From assembly GCA_049514515.1 (NCBI GenBank), contig JBEKUZ010000014.1, positions 2,955 to 66,954 of the forward strand: a stretch of DNA of 64,000 nt, in the 5' to 3' direction. The position numbers and the translations under genes were made by a program. Below, piece by piece: positions 26,134 through 35,650 of the stretch. Position 1 is the first letter of the stretch; each line of letters starts with the position of its first letter. Below the pieces are notes generated by a model that saw only the letters and a program-made list of their open reading frames with translations, was not told the origin of the DNA and ran no database searches. Origin of the DNA: Thermodesulfobacteriota bacterium (lineage in GTDB: Bacteria > Desulfobacterota > BSN033 > UBA1163).

Positions 26134-26172
26134 TTAAAAAAAAACTTGAACCCTCGAACCCTTGAATTCTTG
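26126..26172. repeat. tandem degenerate CTTGAA(C/T)CC repeats in the mvhD-metV2 spacer
   Basis: cttgaaccctcgaacccttgaattcttgaatcc. Confidence 0.6.
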
Positions 26173-26194
26173 AATCCTTTCATTGGAGGTTAGA

Positions 26195-26863
26195 ATGATC
26201 GTAGCGAATCGCAAATCACTGGAAGAAATCCTTAACATGCTCAAGCCCTACAAGAAGGTCCTTCTATTGGGTTGTAATGAGTGTGTGACAGTATGTGCCG
26301 CTGGGGGTGAAAGAGAGGTGGGGGTTCTGGCCTCAGAACTAAAGCTCTCCCGTGCCAAGGATGGCCAGGAGATCGAGATCAAAGAGCAGACCCTGGAGCG
26401 TCAATGTGACCATGAATACATTGACCAAGTCCGTCCTTTTGTGGGAGACTATGAGGTGATCTTATCGATAGCCTGTGGGGCTGGGATACAATATGTGGGA
26501 GAGAAATATCGGACGAAAATCGTCCTTCCTGGGGTCAACACGACCTTTCTTGGAGTCACCCTGGAGCAGGGGGTCTGGAGTGAGCGGTGTCAGGGGTGCG
26601 GGGAGTGTGTACTGCATATGACCGGAGGGGTCTGTCCGATCGCTCGGTGTGCGAAGAGTCTGCTCAACGGGCCTTGCGGGGGGTCTTCGAATGGGAAGTG
26701 CGAAGTGGACAAGGATCTGGACTGTGGTTGGCAGTTGATCATCGACAGGCTTAAGGAACTCAATCAATTGGATCGCTATGAGGAGATCATCCCGGTGAAG
26801 GATTGGACGACCTCTCGGGATGGGGGACCGCGCAAGAGGCTGAGAGAAGACTTGAGGTTATAA
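26195..26863 (+). CDS. metV: MetV-type small subunit of methylene-THF reductase (copy 2)
   Basis: Same Cys motifs as copy 1 (GCNECVTVC, CQGCGECV, CPIARCAKSLLNGPCGG). SD ggaggt precedes the ATG at 26195. Confidence 0.8.
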   Translation: MIVANRKSLEEILNMLKPYKKVLLLGCNECVTVCAAGGEREVGVLASELKLSRAKDGQEIEIKEQTLERQCDHEYIDQVRPFVGDYEVILSIACGAGIQYVGEKYRTKIVLPGVNTTFLGVTLEQGVWSERCQGCGECVLHMTGGVCPIARCAKSLLNGPCGGSSNGKCEVDKDLDCGWQLIIDRLKELNQLDRYEEIIPVKDWTTSRDGGPRKRLREDLRL

Positions 26864-26865
26864 GT

Positions 26866-26960
26866 TATGAGTTCGGAGTTCAGAGTTCGGAGTGAAGAAC
26901 TCAAAAAAATCAAAAACTCCGAACACCGAACTAAATTACCCCGAACTATCTTTAAGGGTA
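26866..26960. repeat. about 80-nt hairpin element, copy 2 (GAGTTCGGAGTTCAGAGTTCGGAGT ... AACTCCGAACACCGAACTAAATTACCCCGAACTAT)
   Basis: Duplicate of 25532-25612. Confidence 0.8.
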
Positions 26961-26964
26961 AAAG

Positions 26965-27888
26965 ATGAAGACGAAGTCGAACATTGAGCGAATATTAGAA
27001 AGTGGTGGGTTTGTGGTGACATCGGAGTGCGGGCCGCCGAGGGGAGCGGATCCGGAGGTAATCCGAAAAAAAGGGAATCTGCTCAAGGGGGTGGTGGATG
27101 CCGTCAATGTCACGGACAATCAGACCTCAGTGGTGAGAATGAGCTCCTTTTCATCCTGTATCATCCTCAAAGAGATGGGGTTTGATCCGATCCTGCAGAT
27201 GGTCTGTCGGGACCGGAACCGGATAGCGATCCAGAGTGACATCTTGGGGGCAGGGGCCTTGGGGATCAACAACATTCTCTGCCTCTCGGGGGACCATCAG
27301 AAATTTGGGGATCATCCGAAGGCAAAAAATGTCTTTGATATAGACTCCATCCAGTTAATCAATACGGTCAAGATCCTAAGAGATGATGGGAAATTTCTGG
27401 GGGGTGAGGAAGTCAAAGGAAAACCCGTACTCTTCATTGGGGCTGCGGAGAATCCCTTTGCGGACCCGTTTGAGATCCGGGCAGCGAGATTAGGGAAGAA
27501 AGTGAAGGCGGGGTGTGAATTTATCCAGACCCAGTGTATCTACAACATGGAAAAGTTTACCAAGTGGATGGAGATGGTGAGGGATCGGGGGCTACACGAG
27601 AGGTGTGCGATCCTGGCAGGGGTGACGCCGTTTAAGTCGGTCGGGATGGCGAAATACATGAAGAATTCGGTGCCCGGGATGGACGTGCCGGATGGGATGA
27701 TCGAGAGGATGAAGGGGGTGGCCAAGGAGAAGCAGTCGGAGGAAGGGATCAAGATCTGTGTGGAGACGATTCAGAAGCTGAGGGAGATCCCTGGGGTGCG
27801 GGGGATCCATATCATGGCGATCGAGTGGGAGGAGAAGGTGGCAGAGATCGCTCAGAGTGCAGGACTGCTGCCAAGACCGCAAGTATAA
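26965..27888 (+). CDS. metF: 5,10-methylenetetrahydrofolate reductase, acetogen-type (copy 3)
   Basis: 307 aa, about 65% identical to copy 1 over its full length. Follows metV2 as in the hdrCBA-mvhD-metVF arrangement. Confidence 0.88.
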   Translation: MKTKSNIERILESGGFVVTSECGPPRGADPEVIRKKGNLLKGVVDAVNVTDNQTSVVRMSSFSSCIILKEMGFDPILQMVCRDRNRIAIQSDILGAGALGINNILCLSGDHQKFGDHPKAKNVFDIDSIQLINTVKILRDDGKFLGGEEVKGKPVLFIGAAENPFADPFEIRAARLGKKVKAGCEFIQTQCIYNMEKFTKWMEMVRDRGLHERCAILAGVTPFKSVGMAKYMKNSVPGMDVPDGMIERMKGVAKEKQSEEGIKICVETIQKLREIPGVRGIHIMAIEWEEKVAEIAQSAGLLPRPQV

Positions 27889-27892
27889 ACAG

Positions 27893-27955
27893 ACGTGACC
27901 GTGGTACGTGTCACGTGTCCGCAAAAGATCAAACCCCACGGACACGGTCACGATG
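27893..27955. repeat. hairpin GACGTGACCGTG..CGTGTCACGTGTCCG / CGGACACGGTCACG (same family as 7381)
   Basis: gacgtgaccgtggtacgtgtcacgtgtccg...acggacacggtcacg. Confidence 0.7.
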
Positions 27956-27975
27956 AAAAAAGGAGGGGCAAAAAG

Positions 27976-28359
27976 ATGGCAAAGAAGATTTTGATCGTTG
28001 ATGATGATCCGGATTTGGTGGAAGCAGTAACCATGATCTTAGAATCTAAGAAATATGACGTGGCCGCTGCCTATGGCGGGATCGAGGGTCTTCAAAAAGC
28101 TAAGACCGAAAAACCGGACCTTATCGTTCTCGATGTCATGATGCCGGACAAAGATGGATACATCGTGTGCAAGGAATTGAAGGCCGATTCCAAGCTGAGC
28201 AAGATCCCGGTGCTTCTGCTGACGGCAGTGGTCTCCAAGATTTCTACGACCCGCTACACACAACAAATGGGAATGGAAACCGAAGCAGACGATTATATCG
28301 ACAAGCCCGTAGAGCCGGAAGTATTGGTGAAACGGATCGAAGCCCTTTTGTCGAAATGA
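27976..28359 (+). CDS. single-domain CheY-like response regulator (receiver only)
   Basis: MAKKILIVDDD...DVMMPDKDG...K with conserved Asp and Lys positions. SD aaaggagggg. Confidence 0.8.
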   Translation: MAKKILIVDDDPDLVEAVTMILESKKYDVAAAYGGIEGLQKAKTEKPDLIVLDVMMPDKDGYIVCKELKADSKLSKIPVLLLTAVVSKISTTRYTQQMGMETEADDYIDKPVEPEVLVKRIEALLSK

Positions 28360-28371
28360 AATGTCGAATGC

Positions 28372-28458
28372 CAAATTCCCTGCCTTCGCCGGAGCGCCTG
28401 CCCTCCGCAAGGCTTCTGGAGGCGGGGCTTCGCGCAGGCAGGCAAATGCCAAAGGAAT
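28372..28458. repeat. large imperfect palindrome flanked by AATGCCAAA (CCCTGCCTTCGC...GCGCAGGCAGG)
   Basis: Directly follows the response-regulator gene stop; may act as a terminator or operator. Confidence 0.5.
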
Positions 28459-28489
28459 GACAAATGTTTAAGTCTCAAGATACTTTTAA

Positions 28490-28552
28490 TTTGAACTTTG
28501 GAATTTGAACTCGGTTTGAACTTTGAGTTTTGACATTTGACATTTTGTATTG
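28490..28552. repeat. tandem TTTGAACT/TTTGACA degenerate repeats
   Basis: tttgaactttggaatttgaactcggtttgaactttgagttttgacatttgacatttt. Confidence 0.6.
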
Positions 28553-28561
28553 AGGCCGAAG

Positions 28562-30064
28562 ATGCCAGACCAGGCAAACATCCTCGTCATTGACGATGAG
28601 CAAATCATGAGGGATGGCTGCTCACGCATCCTCTCAAGAGACGGATGCTCTGTCCTCTGCGCTGATAACGGAAGCCAGGGATTGGAGGAGATCAAGAGCC
28701 ATCCCGAGAAGATGGATGTCATTCTCCTCGATCTCATGATGCCTGGCATGAGCGGAATGGAAGTGCTGGATCACATTCGGACTTTCGATCCCAACCTTCT
28801 CGTGATCGTCATCACCGGTTATGCCACCGTAGAATCGGCCGTGGAGGCGATGAAGAAGGGGGCTTACGATTTCATCCCCAAACCTTTCACGCCGGACCAG
28901 CTCCGCATCGTGGTCAGAAGGGCGTTGGAGAGGAGAACCCTCCAGAAAGAAACAGAGTTCCTGCGGAGAGAACGGGAGAAATCCCTTCGGGATATCGCCA
29001 CGGAAAAGTCGAAGATCAAAACCATCATCAATTGCATGGGCGACGGGGTCTTGGTGTGCGATCGGGACAGCTGCATTGTCCTCTCGAATCCAGCGGCCAG
29101 TCGGATGCTGAAGACCTCTGAGACTCTTCTGCTCGGAAATTACCTCAATCAGTGTAACCTCCCCTCTGAGTTGTCCAAGATCATGGAAGAAAGTCTTCAG
29201 GCAAAAGACATGAGCTATGCTTCTGTTTCGCAGGAATTGAGCGCCGGCGAGTCTGGAGATATCTTTCTCCGTGCCCATACAGCCCTTGTACGAAACGATA
29301 TCGGTGAGATTATGGGTTCTGTCACCGTGCTCCAAGACATCAGCCATCTCAAAGAACTCGATAGGATGAAATCAGAGTTTATTGCCATGGTCACCCACGA
29401 GCTTCGGGCCCCAATCGCCGCGGTCGAACAGCAGTTGACCGTCATCCTGAATAAAATGGCCGGCGACGTGACGGAGAAGCAGGAACAGCTTCTTTCCCGT
29501 GCCAAACAGAGAACAAGAGGTCTTCTCGACCTGATCAAAGATCTCCTGGATCTTTCCAAAATCGAAGCAGGAAAGATGGTCCAATACAAAGAGCCCCTCC
29601 TCCTTCAAGAGGTGATCCAAAGAGTGGTGGATTTGATGAGGGCCGAGGCGGAAAACAAAAAGATCGATCTTCAATTCTCCACGCCTCCCAAGTTATCCTT
29701 AATCAATGCAGATCGCAACAGTATGGAGGGAATCTTTACCAACCTCATCTCCAATGCCATCAAATATACCCCCGAGGGAGGAAAGGTTTGGGTCGCTCTC
29801 GGTGAAGAGGGCGGATTTGTGAAGGCGACCGTCTCTGACACAGGCATTGGCATTAAGAAAGGAGATCTTGGCAGAATCTTTGATAAATTTTACCGAGTGA
29901 AGTCCACAGAGACCCGTCAGATCGTCGGGACTGGTCTCGGACTTTCTATTGTCAAGAGCATCGTGGATGCCCATCTTGGATCTATCTCCGTTGAAAGCGA
30001 GGAGGGAAACGGAACCACCTTCATCCTCCTCCTGCCCAAAGAATTGAATCCGGCCCCTTGCTAA
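28562..30064 (+). CDS. hybrid sensor: N-terminal receiver (REC), PAS, HisKA and HATPase_c histidine kinase
   Basis: NILVIDDE...DLMMPGMSG (REC); H-box THELRAPI; ATP-lid GTGLGLSIV. Confidence 0.85.
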   Translation: MPDQANILVIDDEQIMRDGCSRILSRDGCSVLCADNGSQGLEEIKSHPEKMDVILLDLMMPGMSGMEVLDHIRTFDPNLLVIVITGYATVESAVEAMKKGAYDFIPKPFTPDQLRIVVRRALERRTLQKETEFLRREREKSLRDIATEKSKIKTIINCMGDGVLVCDRDSCIVLSNPAASRMLKTSETLLLGNYLNQCNLPSELSKIMEESLQAKDMSYASVSQELSAGESGDIFLRAHTALVRNDIGEIMGSVTVLQDISHLKELDRMKSEFIAMVTHELRAPIAAVEQQLTVILNKMAGDVTEKQEQLLSRAKQRTRGLLDLIKDLLDLSKIEAGKMVQYKEPLLLQEVIQRVVDLMRAEAENKKIDLQFSTPPKLSLINADRNSMEGIFTNLISNAIKYTPEGGKVWVALGEEGGFVKATVSDTGIGIKKGDLGRIFDKFYRVKSTETRQIVGTGLGLSIVKSIVDAHLGSISVESEEGNGTTFILLLPKELNPAPC

Positions 30065-30338
30065 CCCCGTTAGAAATTCGAGTGGGTACTAAACCCCGCC
30101 GCAATCATATTTACAATGTAATCCCGCTAGAGGAGGGCTCCGTAGGAGCTGCGCATTATTTCTAACGAGGTAAATACAAACAATCATAAAATCTGGATCC
30201 CTCAGAAGATACTTAGCGGTCAACTCTCGCAAGGTTCGGCGATCTGTTGGCCGGAGGTGGAGGATTCGAGAAAAAAAGATTAAGAGAACTCTTGTTTTTG
30301 GAGGCTGAATTCGTTATTTCAAATGAATCGAGGCAAAG

Positions 30339-30842
30339 GTGAACAACGAAGAAACAGAGATTAAAGAAAAAACCAGAGCCATCTTAGAGGGCTTAGAGAG
30401 CAATAGAGAAAATCTCATACCCATTCTGCAGAAGATCCAGGAAGAGTTGGGATATCTTCCTCCCTATGCCATGATCGAGGTGGCCCGGTTTCTTAACATA
30501 CCGGAGATCGATGTCTACAGTGTAGCTACCTTCTACAACCAGTTTCGTCTCACGCCTCCTGGTAAACATTCCATAAGAGTTTGCATGGGAACTGCCTGCC
30601 ATGTGAAGGGCGGCCACATCGCTTTAGCAGCCTGGCAAAGGAGATTGAAAATAGGTCCAGGCGAAACTTCCCCTGACCGCGAGTTTGACCTCGACACAGT
30701 GGCCTGTGTGGGCTGCTGCGCCATGGCACCCGTGACCGTTGTGGATAAGAAAGTGGAAGCCAAAGCCGATCCGACGAAGGTAGACGGAATCCTTCTCTCC
30801 TATCAGCTCCAAAAAGAAAAAGAAGAAAAGGAAAACAATTGA
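30339..30842 (+). CDS. NuoE/HoxE/HndA-like thioredoxin-fold [2Fe-2S] subunit
   Basis: Cys pattern C..GTACHVKG ... CVGCCAMAP. The GTG start is preceded by aggcaaagg. Confidence 0.8.
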   Translation: MNNEETEIKEKTRAILEGLESNRENLIPILQKIQEELGYLPPYAMIEVARFLNIPEIDVYSVATFYNQFRLTPPGKHSIRVCMGTACHVKGGHIALAAWQRRLKIGPGETSPDREFDLDTVACVGCCAMAPVTVVDKKVEAKADPTKVDGILLSYQLQKEKEEKENN

Positions 30843-32731
30843 AGTTCGAAGAAATAAAAATGCAGGCCCAATCTCGCTGGCAGGAGATCTGGAGTGGCCA
30901 AATGCCAGTGGTTCTGGTCGGGACGGCCACTTGCGGCAGAGCGGCTGGCGCACTCGAAGTCCTTCAGGCAATAAAAGACACAGTAAAAAAACAAAATCTC
31001 AACTGCCTCATCTATGAAGTGGGCTGCATGGGGCACTGTTATGCAGAACCTTTGATCATCCTCCGGAAACCGGGATTTCCTTCCATCTGCTACGGCCACG
31101 TCAGTCCCGTATTAGCTGAGAATTTGGTTACCAACCTTATCTTAAATGATGACCCATCCCTTGAATTTGTTCTCGGATCCCTGGAGGAGAACGATCTTAT
31201 CCCCAGTTTTTCTGATTTTCCGAGGTCAAAATATGAAAAACGAATCCTCCTAAAAAATTGCGGACACATCAACCCGGAAGAGATAGAGCATTATATTGCG
31301 AATGGTGGATATGAAAGTCTGTCAAAAGCTCTCCAGATGAAACCAGTGGAGATTGTATCGGAGGTCAAGCGGTCTAAGCTGCGCGGTCTGGGAGGTGCAG
31401 GGTTTCCGACCGGAGAGAAGTGGGATGTCTGCCGTCACTCAGAAGGAGAACCAAAATATCTGATCTGTAACGGCGATGAAGGCGATCCCGGGGCTTTCAT
31501 GGACCGGGCGATCCTGGAAAGCGACCCCCACTCCGTAATCGAGGGAATGGTCATTGCAGGCTATGCCATCGGGGCCCGTCATGGTTATATCTATGTTCGA
31601 GCTGAATATCCTCTGGCCGTGCAAAGGGTTCGGAATGCCCTGCTCCAGGCAGAAAAATACAAATTTCTTGGAGAAAATATTCTTGGGAGTGGCCTCAGCT
31701 TTGACATCAAACTCTTTCAAGGTTCAGGTGCTTTTGTCTGCGGGGAGGCAACGGCACTGATTGCCTCCATAGAGGGAAAACCTGGAATGCCCCGCCACCG
31801 CCCGCCACGCGTGGCCGTCCAAGGTCTTTTCGGAAAACCAACGATCCTCAATAATGTGAAAACCCTTGCCTATGTTCCTCACATCATCAAAAACGGGGCA
31901 GATTGGTTTTTACAAACGGGCACTGAGAGAAGTAAGGGCACAGCCGTCTTCGCCCTTGCAGGCAAAGTGGTCAATACAGGTTTAGTAGAAGTGCCTATGG
32001 GCACCACACTTCGCCAGCTCGTCTTCCAGGTGGGCGGCGGCATCACCAAAGGCAAACGTTTCAAGGCTGTTCAAATCGGCGGCCCCTCCGGCGGATGCCT
32101 TCCGGAGTCGGCTCTCGGTCTCCCGATTGATTTCGATTCATTGCAGGAAAGCGGAGCGATGATGGGTTCAGGAGGAATGGTCGTCCTTGATGAAGACGAC
32201 TGCATGGTTGAAGTCGCTCGCTATTTTCTCGACTTTACCCAAAAAGAGTCCTGCGGAAAGTGTACCTTATGTCGTCTTGGAACCAAGCAGATGCTCGACA
32301 TTCTCGAGGACATCACCAAGGGCCATGGGATGATGGAAGATCTCGAGACGCTCGAGCAATTGGCAGAGGACATCAAACAAGGATCACTCTGTGGCCTGGG
32401 CAGAACCGCACCCAACCCGGTGCTCACAACCCTGCGATATTTCCGGGAGGAATACGAGGCTCACATCAAAGAAGGACGCTGCCCGGCATTGATGTGCCAG
32501 ACCCTGATCGCATACTACATCCTCCCTGAAAAATGCGCACGCGGGTGCGATGCCTGCGTTGGGACTTGTACCGTTGAAGCGATCACTACCGACAAGAAGA
32601 GGAGAATCAAGGTCATCGACCAGGAAAAATGTGTCAAGTGCAATACATGCCTTGCTGCATGTCCTCCTCAATACGATGCGGTCGTCAGATTATCACCACC
32701 CGACAAGGTACCTAAGTCAGAGGGAAAGTAA
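30839..32731 (+). CDS. NuoF/HoxF/HndC-like NADH-binding FMN subunit with N-terminal [2Fe-2S] and C-terminal 2x[4Fe-4S] extensions
   Basis: GLGGAGFPTG (FMN/NADH site), CGKCTLCR, and terminal CxxCxxCxxxCP. The TTG start overlaps the upstream stop (TTGA); an alternative ATG is at 30860. Confidence 0.8.
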   Translation: MKFEEIKMQAQSRWQEIWSGQMPVVLVGTATCGRAAGALEVLQAIKDTVKKQNLNCLIYEVGCMGHCYAEPLIILRKPGFPSICYGHVSPVLAENLVTNLILNDDPSLEFVLGSLEENDLIPSFSDFPRSKYEKRILLKNCGHINPEEIEHYIANGGYESLSKALQMKPVEIVSEVKRSKLRGLGGAGFPTGEKWDVCRHSEGEPKYLICNGDEGDPGAFMDRAILESDPHSVIEGMVIAGYAIGARHGYIYVRAEYPLAVQRVRNALLQAEKYKFLGENILGSGLSFDIKLFQGSGAFVCGEATALIASIEGKPGMPRHRPPRVAVQGLFGKPTILNNVKTLAYVPHIIKNGADWFLQTGTERSKGTAVFALAGKVVNTGLVEVPMGTTLRQLVFQVGGGITKGKRFKAVQIGGPSGGCLPESALGLPIDFDSLQESGAMMGSGGMVVLDEDDCMVEVARYFLDFTQKESCGKCTLCRLGTKQMLDILEDITKGHGMMEDLETLEQLAEDIKQGSLCGLGRTAPNPVLTTLRYFREEYEAHIKEGRCPALMCQTLIAYYILPEKCARGCDACVGTCTVEAITTDKKRRIKVIDQEKCVKCNTCLAACPPQYDAVVRLSPPDKVPKSEGK

Positions 32732-32885
32732 TAATTTTGGTATTTTGAAAAGAGAAAGGAAGACATCATTCAGAGGTGCCATTCCTGCGGAAGCAGGAAT
32801 CCATTTCTTTAAAAACCTTTCTGGATTTCCACTGGAGTTTACCCCGTACTTGATACGGGGTGGGAAGGACACGATACAGCGACAA

Positions 32886-33557
32886 ATGAACAATATTTCC
32901 TTGACCATTGACGGTAAGAAAATTAAAGCTAAGGAAGGAGATAAAATCCTTTGGGTTGCGTTAAAGAACGGTATCTATATACCCAACCTCTGTGCCATTC
33001 AAGAAAAAGTGCAACCCTCCGCCTCGTGTCGCCTCTGTTTCGTAGAGGTCGAAGGTGAGAATGAACCTGTCGTTGCTTGCACCGAACCAGTACGAGAAGG
33101 CATGGTGATCAACATACGGGGGAAGAATGCTTTGAGACTTGCACGGACTTCTGCAGAGCTTCTTATAGCAAGCCATCCATTGGACTGCGGTCATTGTTTA
33201 AAGAATCGATCCTGTGAACTTCAGAAAATTGCCAAACATCTTGGCATAAAACTTAAGACAAAGCGATTCAGACGACTTGAAAGAAACCTTCCCGCAGACA
33301 AAAGCAGTGCTCTTTTTATCTACGACCCCAACAAATGTGTCCTCTGCGGCAAATGTGTGTGGGTATGCCAGGAGAAGTTAGGCATTGGAGCCATTGGTTT
33401 TACCCGAAGGGGCTTCAAACGAATGGTCTCCACCTTCCAAGACAAACCCATCGGTGAATCAACCTGTGGTCAATGCATTGAGTGCGTTAAAGTCTGCCCC
33501 GTCGGCTCCCTGGCATTCAAAGATAAAAACTTCCCTTCTCAGAAAGTAGCAAAATAA
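32886..33557 (+). CDS. HoxU/NuoG-N-terminal-like subunit ([2Fe-2S], His-ligated [4Fe-4S] and 2x[4Fe-4S]); no hydrogenase or Mo domain
   Basis: C..C..C 2Fe-2S motif, HPLDCGHCLKNRSC, CVLCGKCVWVC and CGQCIECVKVCP. The 336-nt in-frame extension in the ORF track overlaps the previous gene and is unlikely to be translated. Confidence 0.78.
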   Translation: MNNISLTIDGKKIKAKEGDKILWVALKNGIYIPNLCAIQEKVQPSASCRLCFVEVEGENEPVVACTEPVREGMVINIRGKNALRLARTSAELLIASHPLDCGHCLKNRSCELQKIAKHLGIKLKTKRFRRLERNLPADKSSALFIYDPNKCVLCGKCVWVCQEKLGIGAIGFTRRGFKRMVSTFQDKPIGESTCGQCIECVKVCPVGSLAFKDKNFPSQKVAK

Positions 33558-33670
33558 CCCAAACCCAACTTCTTTTTTCCCGTACTCGTGATTTCTAAAA
33601 TTTCCCTTCCATACAACCCTTCAGGTAGAAATGCGCAAGCTAAAATAATGTAGGATCTTGTTGCGATCTC

Positions 33671-35650
33671 TCACTTCAAACCCGCCTTGCGTAGTGCAGT
33701 CAGGCGCTTCTCAAGATGTTTCGGATCCCTGAAAGGCAGCGTTTTCCCCCAATTCTCTAATGAAAAGCTCGGGGCTATCTGGAGAATTTCTTTGGCTTGA
33801 GTGTGTGCCTCCTGAACTCGACCCATTTCCGAGTAAACTTCTGCAAGCCCGATGTGAGCGCTGAAAGGGTTGTAGGCTTCCTTCTGAGCACGTGTGAGAA
33901 CTTGTTTATATAACGCAAGTGCCTCTTCGTAACGCCCCCCCATGCGGTACGACCCTGCCAAGACATCCAGATACCAAAGGGGACAAAATGGATGGAGACG
34001 TACAGCCTGTTCACCCAGTGCAATCGCCTCATCGAAGTTACCTGCATAATCTAAGGTAATCGCTAGAACTGCATAATTGATGGCTATGCTTGGGCCTAGT
34101 TCAATTGATCTTCGGCCCATTTCGATTGCTCGCTCATATTGTCTCTGGTACAAATAGATACTCCCTAGCATGGCGGTTGCACAAAAGAGGCCGTTGTCGA
34201 GCTTCAGTGCCTTTTGATTAAGTTCAATCGCCTTCTGTAAATACTCCTTGGGGGATGCACACCATCCAAATACTACTGCATCGAAGTAGCTCCAAGCTAC
34301 AAGGGACCATGCGAATCCATACTGGGGATCCAATTTGACTGCTTGTTCTGCTAGTTCTTTCGCCCTCGCAACATCCTCCTTCGTGGCCCTTTGGATCACA
34401 TCCCAGGCTTGCGAAGCAAGGGCCCAAGCCTCCAGGTTCTTTGTCTCTCCGTGAAAAACCCTAGCTTGTTCCCCGTCGGTTAGTTTAATCTGGAGAGCGA
34501 CTGCAATATTACGAGTGACATCATCAAGAAGTGCAAAAAGATCTCTCTTGTCACGATCGTACTTTTCTGACCAAATATGGTGTCCAGAGGTTGCATCAAT
34601 CAACTGGGCGTTTATCCTAATACGCTCGCCCGACTTTTGGACACTACCTTCCAAGACGTACCTCACGCCAAGGTTCTCCGCAACTTTCTTTATGTCTACA
34701 GGCTTTCCCTTATATACGAGCACCGAATTGCGGGCGATAACAAAAAGCTCCGGAATCTTGGAGAGCGTGGTGGTAATATTTTCAGTCAACCCGTCGCAAA
34801 GGAATTCTTGCTTTGGGTCTCCGCTCAATTCTACAAACGGCAGCACGGCGATAGAGGGCTTATCCGGTAGTGGGAATGCCATCTTCTCCATAGAAGCAAC
34901 ATCGCCTGGACCAGGTTTTAAATAAGTTTTCCAGATTACCAATGTGATCGTTCCCAGAACGACCACGATCGCGGCCATCAGAGCCACCCAGCGATACCTG
35001 CTTGGCAATAATGTCGTCCTTTTTTCCAGCGGAGGGACTGCAACCTCAGGCTCTTCCGGAATAGGTTTATCAGGTTCTGCCTTCTTCTCTTTGAGACTTG
35101 ATAGGAACTTTTCCCAGGCCTCCGCGTTCAAGAAGTCCTCATAGACGATCACAACATCATCCAAGGTTGCTCCTATCCTATCGATTGCAAACTTCAGCCT
35201 GACATTCTCATGGCTCCCTTTGTACTCAAAAAGATTTGCCCAGCCATCTTTTTCAGCCTCGGTAAAGTGGTAGGTTTTACCCATCCCTTCCTCATAGCCC
35301 TTTTTCTTTCCGAGAACCATGAAAAGCGGGGCTTCTTCCAGGTTGGGCAGGGCGTGTTGCCATTTCATGTAAATCCTTGTCATCAAGTTCTCTGTCTCCG
35401 ATGATCCGGCAGAACCCCCAACGGTTTCGTTCAGCAAAGCGAGGAGGTCATGGTGTCCTTCCAGGGGGATGGATGTCATTTTCCCTTGTCTTTTCATCTC
35501 GTTAACAATAAGGGCTATCACGGAGAGGTAAAAGCGCCGGGAGGGCGAGTTGAAGTGAAGGGTCACTTCAATTCTTTTCTTGAGCTCAATATGGAGCTTG
35601 AATTGATTGAGGTCGATTGTGATGGGGTGAGGTTTCGTACTTTCCACCAT
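33671..35650 (-). CDS. membrane-anchored TPR-repeat protein with a TolB-N/CyaA-periplasmic-like domain and a cytoplasmic N-terminal domain of unknown function (about 220 aa)
   Basis: Single TM helix (WVALMAAIVVVLGTITLVIW). A IAVLPF..LSGDP...GVRYVLEGSV...IRINAQLIDA block. TPR-like helical repeats at the C-terminus. Confidence 0.7.
   Translation of the reverse strand: MVESTKPHPITIDLNQFKLHIELKKRIEVTLHFNSPSRRFYLSVIALIVNEMKRQGKMTSIPLEGHHDLLALLNETVGGSAGSSETENLMTRIYMKWQHALPNLEEAPLFMVLGKKKGYEEGMGKTYHFTEAEKDGWANLFEYKGSHENVRLKFAIDRIGATLDDVVIVYEDFLNAEAWEKFLSSLKEKKAEPDKPIPEEPEVAVPPLEKRTTLLPSRYRWVALMAAIVVVLGTITLVIWKTYLKPGPGDVASMEKMAFPLPDKPSIAVLPFVELSGDPKQEFLCDGLTENITTTLSKIPELFVIARNSVLVYKGKPVDIKKVAENLGVRYVLEGSVQKSGERIRINAQLIDATSGHHIWSEKYDRDKRDLFALLDDVTRNIAVALQIKLTDGEQARVFHGETKNLEAWALASQAWDVIQRATKEDVARAKELAEQAVKLDPQYGFAWSLVAWSYFDAVVFGWCASPKEYLQKAIELNQKALKLDNGLFCATAMLGSIYLYQRQYERAIEMGRRSIELGPSIAINYAVLAITLDYAGNFDEAIALGEQAVRLHPFCPLWYLDVLAGSYRMGGRYEEALALYKQVLTRAQKEAYNPFSAHIGLAEVYSEMGRVQEAHTQAKEILQIAPSFSLENWGKTLPFRDPKHLEKRLTALRKAGLK

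Noticed and set aside
32550-32885. 336-nt 5' extension of the HoxU-like gene
   Set aside because: It overlaps the end of the NuoF-like gene in another frame, and the translation is low-complexity. The NuoG/HoxU homology begins at the ATG at 32886.
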